Positions 11,791-21,805 of a stretch of DNA of 64,000 nt are shown piece after piece. Source of the stretch: Torpedo marmorata (taxonomy: Eukaryota); assembly GCA_977017645.1 (NCBI GenBank), contig OZ360219.1:179552001-179616000 (forward strand), read 5' to 3'. Made by a program: the position numbers and the translations under genes. A model generated the notes under the pieces. The model searched no databases and was not told where the DNA came from. It was given only the letters and a program-made list of their open reading frames with translations. Every line of letters begins with the position of its first letter. Position 1 is the stretch's first letter.

Positions 11791-12014
11791 GCAGCCCCTA
11801 ATTATTATAATTAGACACAATGTCTTAAATAATAATTACACAATCAATTACAAATAACAATAACCATATAACATTCAAACAATATATAAATCTTCTTTCT
11901 TCTTTCTTCATAAGACCAGAGTTTACCATAACTCTGAATCAACAAAAGTCTGTAACCTGTGAAGTATACAACAACAAATAAAGTCAGTTTGTATTTATCA
12001 AAGTTCCTTCGTCT

Positions 12015-12180
12015 CCAACAGAAGGCAGACCTTGTTAATAGGTCTATTTAGAAAGCCGGTCTTAGTTTTAATTCGAACTTGACGCACAAGTCCTCTTTTG
12101 TCCTGAATAGTCTCAATAATTTTTCCAAGTAACCAGGAGTTTCGAGGAGCTGAATCGTCCATAATAATTACAATGTCTCC
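12015..12180 (-). pseudogene. BEL integrase C-terminal remnant (DUF5641-like)
   Basis: Manual translation: GDIVIIMDDSAPRNSWLLGKIIETIQDKRGLVRQVRIKTKTGFLNRPINKVCLLLE. Confidence 0.85.
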
Positions 12181-12233
12181 TCAAAGTTCTTTTATCTCCA
12201 GAATCTTTGAGTTGAAACGTCAACCAGTAAACC

Positions 12234-12845
12234 TCAAACCTTCCTCAGACAAAATAGATACAGTTTTTCTTCAGCATGTCGTTTCACTTTATTCCTTTCT
12301 TCAGTATTCCACTTCTTATGTGAAGAATTTAAACTCTTAGAACTAGAATTTGAATATTTATCTGATCCTCTTGATTTTAATAAACAAGTCTCCTTAACCA
12401 CTCTGGTTGCTATTGTCTTTTCCAGCAATTCCAAATCCAATTTTGCAACTTTCAATTCAGTCTTAGTTCCTTCCGAGAAATTAATAACTTGATCTGAAGT
12501 GAAAATATCATGTGATACATTGATATTTCTATTGTCAACCCTGCTGTGGTAAACTTGAAATGTTTGAATTTCTTCATATTGCTTGTTACATTTCTGCAAT
12601 GCAATATCACATTCTTTCTGCATTGTTAGTAGCTGAACATTCAATTTACATTCTTGATTGTTTTCTATAATCAACTGTTTTGTGTTATTAACCAATAACT
12701 TGTTCTCTTTCAAAATATTAATCTCTTCCTCCAACATTTTACATTTTGATAATGCTGAATCTCTTTCTTCAATAACTGTATTTATTTCTTCAGCAGTCAT
12801 TCCTTTCTTCCGCCTTTGACTTTGAGAATTTTAAATACAATTAAA
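12234..12845 (-). pseudogene. Coiled-coil coding segment inside BEL; 12543-12845 resembles vertebrate MIPOL1 (captured fragment)
   Basis: MTAEEINTVIEERDSALSKCKMLEEE...NN..QLIIENNQE...LL.MQ...EEIQTFQVYHS is collinear with MIPOL1 as recalled (TAEEM..LIEERDAALSKCKRLEQE...ENNQERALK..LL.MQ...EEIQTLRVYYS). Confidence 0.72.
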
Positions 12846-13172
12846 TCTTTCTGTTTACTGTTTTCATGATTATCTAATATTTCCAATTCTCCTTTCAACA
12901 TTTTGTTCTCTGCATTCAATTGCAGTAAATTATCATTCACATTCTTCTTTATTCCATCAGCACAATTTCCTGTGTTCTCCAGTTTTACATCTCATGCAAC
13001 ATTTCTTCATTGATTTTGTCTGTTGTAACCTCTGAACTACAAAATCTACTTTCAGATTTGTTCTCAGTCACTTGTTTTATTCTTGCCTCTGATTCAATTA
13101 CACATGAATAATCAATAGTATTATTTTAACATCTTCTAATACTTCATTTTCATCCATTTCTGATGAAAATAA

Positions 13173-15968
13173 TTATTTCAATGTTGTTTTAAATACTTTT
13201 GATTTATTTTCACATTGATCTATTTTCTTTTCTTCAAAAGTAACTTTCTTATTCACAGTCTTTTGCTCTTCCCTTAACTCATCAACTTTCACAGCCGAAA
13301 TCCTGTTAATATTTATCACTAACTGTTCCTTAGCAATATCATTATTTCTTTCTAATGGTCCATTGATTGTCCAACCAAGCTTGGTTCTAAAAGCGTAAGG
13401 TCCATTCCCTCTACTCCGTATTACTTCTAGTGGTTCCAAAACCTTTGGCACATCTGAACCAATCAGCATTTCTATCTCAGAGTTAACTTCAGGTAGACAA
13501 ACATTTTTCAGATAAGACCACCATTTAATATCATTTGGATGAGGAATGTTTCCTTCATGCACAGGCATAGTCTTCTGAGTCTATAAACTTGGAAGATCAC
13601 AAATTTCTTTTGTCATACAATCCAGCAACCTCTAAGCCTGAAACAATGCTGGTTTCAACTACCTTTTCTTGTCCCATGGTTTTCAACATAATTCTGGACC
13701 TTCTTCCTTGAATATTAAGTTTGTTCATTAGACCTTCCGTGCAAAAAGATGCAGTGCTGCCTGGGTCTAGAAATGCATATGTATATACTGTTGCATCCCC
13801 TTTCTTGGTCTTGACTTGTACAGGCACTATTGAAAGTTTGCAGTTATCCACACCGGCCCCGGTAAGACCACTTGCCTGAACCGAGGCTATAACATTGTTT
13901 TCCGATGTTTCCTTTGTTTCTGTTTGCTCCTTTTCCAATTCCTTGTTTCTTTGATGGATATGCAACATTCTAGGATGTTTCAACTTGCATATGTTACAAT
14001 TAAGTCGCTTCTTGCAGTTTTTACTGATATGCCCTTTACACAAACAACTAAAACATATTCCATTTTCCTTTAAAAAAGCGATCTTCTCATTATGTTCCTT
14101 CTTTTCCAACCGTAAACACATTTCTAAAGCATGTCCACCTTTACAGAACAAACAACTCTTCTCATTAGGCAAACTTTCCTTTTCCTTATTTACTTTGTCC
14201 TTTTCTTTATTTATAACTGACACATTAGTAGCAAAAGTACTCCTTTTCAATTTCGGACTAGGCTGTGAGTTAGACCTCCTTACATCTTTGCCCATTGGTC
14301 TCTGGTATTTCCATATATTGGATCTGTTTCAATGTACACCTGTCGTTCAAGAAAATTTACCAAGTCCTTTAAATTAGTTCTTCGACTGTAATTTTCTTGT
14401 ATATCACAAGCCAAATTTCTCCATCTATCCCACAACTTGTAAGGTAATTTTTCTAAGATGATTTGCATATTACCAGGCACGTCAAGCTCACGAATATTAT
14501 CGATATCTTCCATGGCATTACAACATCCTCTTAAAAATAGAGTATATGCTTGTAGAGCCTTTACATCATTCTGTTTTATTGATGTCCATTTAAGAGCTTT
14601 ATCCATATAAGCTAAAGCAATTCGATGCTTGTTGCCAAAATGTTGTTCTAGTAAAAGCCTTAGCTCTGTCTAATCCTCTTTCTGAGGACATATGTTGACA
14701 ACTCTTTACAAGTTCTTTTGGATGTCCCTTTGTGAACATTTCCAAATAATAAAGACATTCATCATGATCTTGGCATTTATTTTCAATATTGCGTTTGAAA
14801 GATCTCATGAACGATTGGTACTGAAGTGGATCACCATCAAAAGTTTGTATCTCTTTCTTGGGTAAAGAAGAGAGAGTCTGTAACTGATTCAATGATGTAG
14901 CAATTTCATTTTGTCTTCCTTTGTTACAGGTAATGTATCTGGAAACCTCACTGGTGTAGTTTCTCCCATATTTCTGATACTTGACTCAAATGACAAGGGA
15001 GCTGCATCGTTTGACCGAACCCAAGATGCAGCTTTGTCTTCAGATGTTACCACTGGTACATGTGACTCGATACCACTATGCTCTTGAAAGATTTGTCCTT
15101 GTATTTGCAAGTCTTGTACCCTTGGTACTAAAATATCTACACTTTTGGTTGGTTTATTTTCCTGTGACTCTTATTTTAAATATGACCTTTTATTATCAGA
15201 TACTTTAGATCAAGCACCAAATACCATTGAGCCTTCTAGTACCTCTTTTTTTGCCTTGGCAATAGTAATGTTTGCTTCCAGCTCCTGCAGCTCCTTTCTC
15301 TGCCTTAGCTGCTCCTTCTCTTGCCTTAGCTGCTCCTAGTTCTGCCTTAGCTGTTGCCATAGCTGCTCCTCGAGCTGCTCCTCCTTTTGCCTCAGCTGCT
15401 CCTCCTGTTGTTCTAAAATATGTTTATCCTTAAACGTTTTTTGTTGCGCAAGAAGAGTGGCCAAGTTAACTTCAATCTTTGTATGTGACGATGCAGAACT
15501 TGAAGTACGAGAAACTCTGGAGCTCAAACCAGAACTTTGTTTGCTTCTCCTGCTTTCAGCATTTGAGACACTGTCACATGCTTGTATTTCATCCTGCAGG
15601 TCAGATGTTATCTTTTTACTGACCTCTTTCTCCAATCCGAATTGTACATCCTTTGCATCTTCATCCTCTTTGTTTTCTTCATCATTTGATGACACAATTT
15701 CAGCCATTTCCACGTTGCTGTCTTCATGTTCATTCGTTGTCTTTTGCAATGAGTTTGCAATTTCTTCATTCCCATCAACCGAAGCCGTTTGTTCTTCCAT
15801 TGCCAGCTTCAGCCTTTCAATGAGAACCCTTTTATTTCCACTTGTATCTAGTTTCTGTCGCTTCAATTCTTCTTTAAGATCCACAACCTTCATGTCTTCA
15901 ATACGTTGGTCCTCAACAGCAACATCAGCTGCCGCTGCGTCAGCTGCTGCTGCAGCCATTTTACTCAT
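13173..15968 (-). pseudogene. gag: BEL gag-protease, broken by stops and frameshifts; N-terminal SAP domain at 15798-15902
   Basis: ORFs 15336-15968, 14599-14892, 14280-14606, 13597-14295 and 13173-13568 are collinear BEL gag/PR pieces; MKVVDLKEELKRQKLDTSGNKRVLIERL fits the SAP consensus. Confidence 0.9.
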
Positions 15969-16436
15969 CTTGTTCTACCGTCCTTCGAGCATACACAACA
16001 CTAGCCAAATCAACAGTCTCCAATGGACTAGAAGCAGCAAATCCAATCTGTGTTCAAACTTGTCAAAGATACACAGGAGTCCACAGACTTATACCTACCA
16101 CTTCAGATGACTGTAATGGGCTGCTATTCACAAACGAGTTTCCACCACAGCATCTGTCAATAATATCGCTGATTTTCAAGAAATGGTTTCTCCAACGTAT
16201 TTATAGGAAACTTTACTATACGATTTGAAGCTCTATATTCCTCTCTGGCTGTTACTCATGGCATATGGATGTGGATTACAAACTGCCACTAACTCGAGGC
16301 ATCTCCAAGATGTCCGCCATCTTATTTTAAATATCAGTCCAAAGCACAGAGATATTATTCTATCTTCTTTCCTTCAATTTTCTGTTCCAAACAATAATGT
16401 TTTCATTGACTAAAATATAGTGACTTCAATCCAACA

Positions 16437-17495
16437 AGACCAATCCAGTCCAGACCTTCTGAAATGTCTGCCTTCTTCCACAAATGTGGCTTCCCCTCCA
16501 CCACCATCAACTCAGCCCTCACTCACCTCCTCCATTTCCCGCTCATCTGCCCTGGCCCCCTCTGCCCCCAGACGCAACAAACATAGAATCCCCCTCATTC
16601 TCACCTACCACCCCAACAGCCTCCGCATCCAACACATTATCCGCCGGAATTTCCGACACATTTTTCCTTCTCCTCCCCTCTCGGCCTTCCGCAGAGACCC
16701 CTCCCTCCGCGATTCCCTCATGCACTCATCCCTCCCCACCCATCGCACCCCCGGCACCTTCCCCTGTGCCCGCAGGAGGTGCAACACCTGCGCCCACACC
16801 TCCCCCCTCACCACGGTCTGGGGCCCCAAACAGGCCTTTCAAGTGAAACTACACTTCACTTGTACATCCAGAGAACTTATTTACTACATCCGGTGCTCCC
16901 TTTGTGGCTTTCTCTACATCGGAGTGACCGATCGTAGATTGGGGGATCGCTTTGCTGAGTACCTCCTCTCTATCCGAAACAACAGCGACCTCCCAGTAGC
17001 CAGCCATTTCAATGCCGAGTCACACTCCCACACTCACATGTCTGTCCATGGCCTTATGTACTATCCCACCCAGACTACCCGCAAATTGGAGGAACAACAT
17101 CTCATTTTCCGTCTGGGCACTCTCCAGCCAGATGGCATTAACATTGACTTTTCTGCCTTCCACTAAACCTGCTTGTCTTTTCCTTCCCCTCCCCCCTCCT
17201 TCCTGTTTTTTTACACCCACCCAGCCATCCCTCCTCCCCCTCTTTGCTGCTGTCCCCTCCCTCCTTTCTCCACCTATCATCTCCTGCCTTTGCCACCCCC
17301 CCCTTCCCCCCCTCACTCTTTTGTTCGGACGCCTGCCGGCATTTTCTCATACTTTGATGAAGGGCTCAAGCCCGAAACGTCGGTTATGTATTTCTACCTT
17401 TGCTACATAAAAGACACTGTTTGACCTGCTGAGTTTCTCCAGCATTTGTGTTTTTTACTTCAACCACGGTGTCTACAGATTTTCGTGTTTTACTT
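16437..17495 (+). mobile_element. 5'-truncated Penelope (Neptune-type) copy: Cys linker, GIY-YIG and pLTR
   Basis: ORF 16420-17166 is highly similar to the C-terminus of 24511-28056; 12-bp TSD TTCAATCCAACA (16425-16436, 17496-17507). Confidence 0.94.
17348..17390 (+). ncRNA. Minimal hammerhead ribozyme-like motif in Penelope pLTR (also 10421-10460, 24327-24368, 28241-28282; minus-strand copies near 7040-7080 and 45115-45155)
   Basis: UUGAUGA-a-GGGC(ucaa)GCCC-GAAAC-GUC: core with C3>U, 4-bp stem II, palindromic ACGU; minimal hammerheads are known from PLEs. Confidence 0.65.
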
Positions 17496-18139
17496 TTCAA
17501 TCCAACATATAGTCACTTGGAGGCTAGGTGAGATACTTGTTCTTGACGCGTTTCAATTAATTTACTAACAAGTCCAATTGGTTCAAAATACTTTATTTAC
17601 ACACGATGAATTGTAGCAATCTTCAATGACTTAAATATCTTCTTTAAACAAAATATAAACAATTCTTGATAACAATGCTTAATAAATTCCTTTAAACGAT
17701 TCCTTTAACATTCATTTAAACGTCCTTTAAATGGTTCCTTTTAACGTCTTCAAACGGTCAATGAAAGATATAACCATCTCACTCACCCTCCTCTGTCGCC
17801 ATATTCTAATACAACCTCTCCTCCCCCCGATTCGCGCATGCTCCAACTCGCATGCTCCACCGCGCATACTCCACCGCGCATACTGCACCGCGCATACTTC
17901 ACCGCGCATACTGCCGTCACTTACCAACTGCGCATGCTCCAGCCACTTCCCCACTGCGCATGAGCCCGTCGGCACTCCCACGCATGCGCAGAGCACTAAA
18001 TAGGCCCAACACGGCCTACTAACTTCCGCGTCTCCTCCAAAACCCGCTGAGACCATCGGAGCGCCGCGATTAAGGTAAGTAACCAAGCCTACGGCTCTTA
18101 CATGTACAATTGAATGATAAATGAACTTAAACTAGAGTC

Positions 18140-18600
18140 AACCAATCGGCTATAGAAGGTGGCGAATGCAGCTCAGAACATCACCAAAGTTTCTCTCCCT
18201 TTCATGGACTCCATCTACATCTTCCGCTGCCTCACAAAGTCAGCCAACATACTGAAGGACCCACTACATCCCAGACACGCTCTCCTCTCCCTCCTCCCAA
18301 CAGGAGAAGGCTTAAGAGTGTGAAATCGTGCATCAACACCTTTAAAGACAGTTTCTCTCCTGCAGCTATCAGGCTCCCGAATGAACCCCACAGCAGGTCT
18401 ATCATGCTGCCCTTGCTTGGGACTAATGGATCTTTTCTTCATTGTAACCCTATACTTTAAATTGTGTTCCTGTGCTTCTACACTATTCAGCTGCACGAAT
18501 GTTAGAATTAACCTGTTAGACTGCTTGTGGAAGAATCCTTCACACTGTAAGGACTCACAGGTACAATGTGACAAATAAACTTAAATTTAAAAATAAACTT
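18140..18600 (+). mobile_element. Old Rex1/Babar-type LINE 3' remnant
   Basis: VANAAQNIT..SLPFMDSIY..RCL.KSANILKDPLHP.HALLSLLP.GEG; tail aaataaacttaaa. Confidence 0.7.
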
Positions 18601-20451
18601 AAACTAAACCAGTGAAATAATCATTCATGGCCATAATCGAAGTGTGATGCAGGTTTATCAGGTGTGGAGGTTTTTTAACCACGTACTGCCCAATGAGAAC
18701 TCTTCACACATGTTAAGGGCATTTCTCTTTAAACAGAAGTTCAAAAGTCCATAAAATTACTGTCCCAACTTTATGACTGTGAAAGCTGGGAGCTTGACAT
18801 TTCCAGAAATGATAAGTGTCTAAATCAATTTTCCTCAGAAACCTCATCATGCATGTGGATGTGAATTCCCTGCCTGTTTCGTGTTGGTCACACATCAGGT
18901 TTTGAACAAAACTAAGAAAATGCATCTGATCTCCTGACCTGGAAGGGATACATCCATCCACCTTACTAACTAGCACTGATTTAACCTTCAGTTCAACTTC
19001 ATCAGCACATGCACAATGTTCAACTATTGAACCCATACCAGGAAGTTAAAAAGTTCCACCCTACTGATCAGAAAGTGATAGGTGAACAATAGAATTCATT
19101 TGAATTCACTTATACATTCCAAGAAAATAAACTGTGACATGCTGCCAAATGAATCAAGAAACAGGTAAGTGCGTGTGAAGTTTCCTTCTGATTTGCATAT
19201 TGCTTATCATCTTATCTCTAATATTAACAGAAAAATATGCATTTTCACCACAAAAAAAACTCATTCTCCAATGAGCAGGGTACTAAATTAAACCAGGTGG
19301 ACAAAAGAAAACATTTTTAATTTTAAAAAATAGGAAAATTATGTGAGTTTTGACACATTGTTAAAGAAAGTAACAGCTTCCCTGTAATGTAAACTTTGTT
19401 ACTAAGGCGATTTGAAAAGCTTTAGCAAGTTCCAACTCAGCTGGGAGAGTTTAGCTTGAGGGTGTTACCATAGTTAAACATTGTTCAGAGCAGGTGCAGA
19501 GTGCAGAGGGTGGAGGGCAGGGCATGGGGGAGTGAAAGGCAGAACGTAAGCATCTAACGACAAGGCAACAGACACTGCTAATCAAAAATAGAAGAGAAAA
19601 ATCATAGATCAAATTATGACTGTTTCTCTGAAACAGATGCCAATAAACAGAATCTGTTTTACGTCATTGAACAATAAAAATCAATATAAAATTATAAAAC
19701 ATATCCAGTTATCATTTCAATTCATTTTGTAATGGTCCCAAGGTGATTTTCTAGTCCATTCAATATAGACAAAATCAATCAAAAGCAGTAATTTATGTGC
19801 ATACATGCAGCCTTACAAAAGAGGTTAAAAGTAGGGTTGGACACATTTAGCAGTGAGTGCCCCAGGTTGTCGTTGGGTGTTTACTGGCAATTAGCATAAT
19901 TATTGATATCCAGAATTCTTTCTGAAATGTATTTGCGCAGCACATATTTTCCAAAACAGACAGGCAATTATTAGAATGGAGAATTGAATAAAATTTTTTG
20001 CAAAAAAAATCAGAATCTCCATTTGCGATATTACGATAATAGAAGGCTGATTGAACACCAGGACCTAGATTGGGGTTTCGAGATACGTTTTAAGTTAGTG
20101 AAGTGTTTGCTTTTATTCCAGCTGTCATGCCACACAAACAAACCAAAGTAGGAGGATTTAGAAGAGGAGATAAAGAGCTGTCAAATAAAAGCTGTCAAAA
20201 TACACCATTCACTGTGCTCTGGAATTCTCTCCCCAAATCATTTCACCTCACTATCTCACTTCGGAGTCTCCTGAACACCCTTGCTTATTGACACTGATGT
20301 AGGTTTCAAAACACTTCTCCAAACCCACGCTCTATTCCAGTTATTCATTGCCAGAAATAGCTCAATGTAAACCATATCTTCCTGGAAACCAAGAACCACA
20401 CAAGACTCGTTTCTCTGTGACAACCTACCTCCTACTCCCTGCCCTCTTTCT

Positions 20452-20695
20452 TTAAACATACAGCACAATAACAGGCCATTTCGGCCCACGAGTCCGTGCC
20501 GCCCAATTACACCCAATTAACCTACAACCCCCGGTATGTTTTGAACGGTGGGAGGAAACCGGAGCCTATGGGGAAAACCCACGCAGACACGGGAGAACGT
20601 ACAAACTCCTTACAGACAGCGCGCGATTCGAACTCGGGTCCCAATTGTTGGCACTGTAAAGGCGTTGCGCTAACTGCTACACCAACCGTGCCGTC
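20452..20695 (-). mobile_element. HE1-type V-SINE
   Basis: Reverse-complement homologue of 5321-5560, with well-preserved A and B boxes. Confidence 0.88.
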
Positions 20696-20759
20696 TTTTC
20701 GCACCAAGTGTGAAGAGATTATTAATTTCATCATGGCTGTGATTGTCATAGCGGCCTCT

Positions 20760-20955
20760 AGTAAAAACACAATGCTGGAGGAACTCAGCAGGTCAAACAG
20801 TGTACTTTATATAGCAAAGATAAAGATACAAAACCAACGTTTCAGGTTTGAGCCTCCCATCAAGATATGCCAAAATGTAGGCAGGCACCTGAACAAAATG
20901 GTGGGGGTATGGGCAGGGAGAGGAGCACAGTCCCACAGGCAGGAGGTAATAGGTT
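20760..20955 (-). mobile_element. Penelope pLTR fragment, inverted
   Basis: agtaaaaacacaatgctggaggaactcagcaggtcaaacag ... gaacaaaa is the reverse complement of the pLTR. Confidence 0.8.
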
Positions 20956-21214
20956 CAAAGCGGCTTTCCATCTCGGCCCCAGCCGACCACCCCCCCCCCA
21001 CTGGAAAAACTCACCCAGTCATAGCTGCTTCTACTGCGATCTACCCTTCTCCTCTTCACTGTTGCTTTCCTTATCCATTCTCCTGCACACACTCGCTCAA
21101 ATTTCATAGGCTCATAGAACCATGGAGTCATGCAACATGGAAACATGCCCTTTGGCCCAACATCTCCATGCTGACCATCAAGCCCCACTTCTGCCAACCC
21201 TACACTAATCCTAT

Positions 21215-21445
21215 TTTATTCTCCCCACATTCCTATCTATTTCTCCCAGATTCTATCACTCACCTGCACAACAGAGGGAATTTGCAAATGGGCAGTTAAT
21301 CTACCAATTTGCATATCTTTGGAATATGGGAGCAAACTAGAGCACTTGCAAGAAACTTCACATAGACAGCATTGGAGGTCAGGGTAGAAGCCGGGATACT
21401 GGAGCTGTGAGGAAGCTGCCCTACATACCATGCCACAGTGCTGTG
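21215..21445 (-). mobile_element. Older V-SINE copy
   Basis: tttggaatatgggagcaaactagagcac ... ggaggtcagggtagaagccggg ... ctggagctgtgagg is a reversed V-domain plus tRNA head. Confidence 0.65.
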
Positions 21446-21579
21446 CTGCCATTTCACACTATCTCCAACCTCCCACAATCCCCTCAGCTCATTTGCTCCG
21501 AGACCCAGACTAACTGCTTGCCCTTCATCTACCCTATGGTTTTGCTTGGAAACAGCTTCAATGCTTATCTCTTACTTTC

Positions 21580-21805
21580 AAATCTACTATTACCCGTTTC
21601 TTCAGATCCCAGACCCATCAGTCCTCTCCAGCTACTTCCTGCCTATTGCCTGTAAACCTGTGTTCCTCCCCCATCCCCTCCGCCCTCACCCACCTTTTTA
21701 TTAGGGTGCCTATCTGAAGAAGACCCCAGGCCTGAAACGTTGACTGCCTTTTGCTTTCTCTGGATGCTGCCTGACCTGCTGTGTTTCTCCAGCTCTTTTG
21801 TGTAC
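21580..21805 (+). mobile_element. Old Penelope pLTR remnant with canonical CUGAAGA...GAAACG hammerhead-like core (21714-21742)
   Basis: ctgaagaagaccccaggcctgaaacgttgac ... gatgctgcctgacctgctgtgtttctccagc. Confidence 0.55.

Larger units (their letters stand above)
11215..18093 (-). mobile_element. Non-autonomous BEL/Pao LTR retrotransposon carrying host-like sequence
   Basis: About 576-bp LTRs; BEL gag (FDGDPLQY, Cys/His knuckles CLFCKGGH, CFSCLCKGH, CNICKLKH), protease (AFLDPGSTASF), post-protease GPYAFRTKLGW, integrase C-terminal remnant; no RT, RNaseH or integrase core. Confidence 0.93.
16416..18093 (-). repeat. 5' LTR of BEL element, interrupted by Penelope at 16437-17495
   Basis: TATAGTGACTTCAATCCAACA ... 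AAGCCTACG aligns to 11215-11790 with scattered substitutions. Confidence 0.92.

Noticed and set aside
12234-12800. True MIPOL1 host locus
   Set aside because: Intronless, partial, frameshifted and enclosed by BEL sequence on both sides; treated as a captured fragment.
15457-16110. 217-aa plus-strand ORF
   Set aside because: Antisense shadow of the BEL gag; Ser/Leu/Phe-rich with no domain signal.
20496-21299. 267-aa ORF
   Set aside because: Runs across a reversed SINE, a pLTR fragment and other repeat debris; chance open frame.
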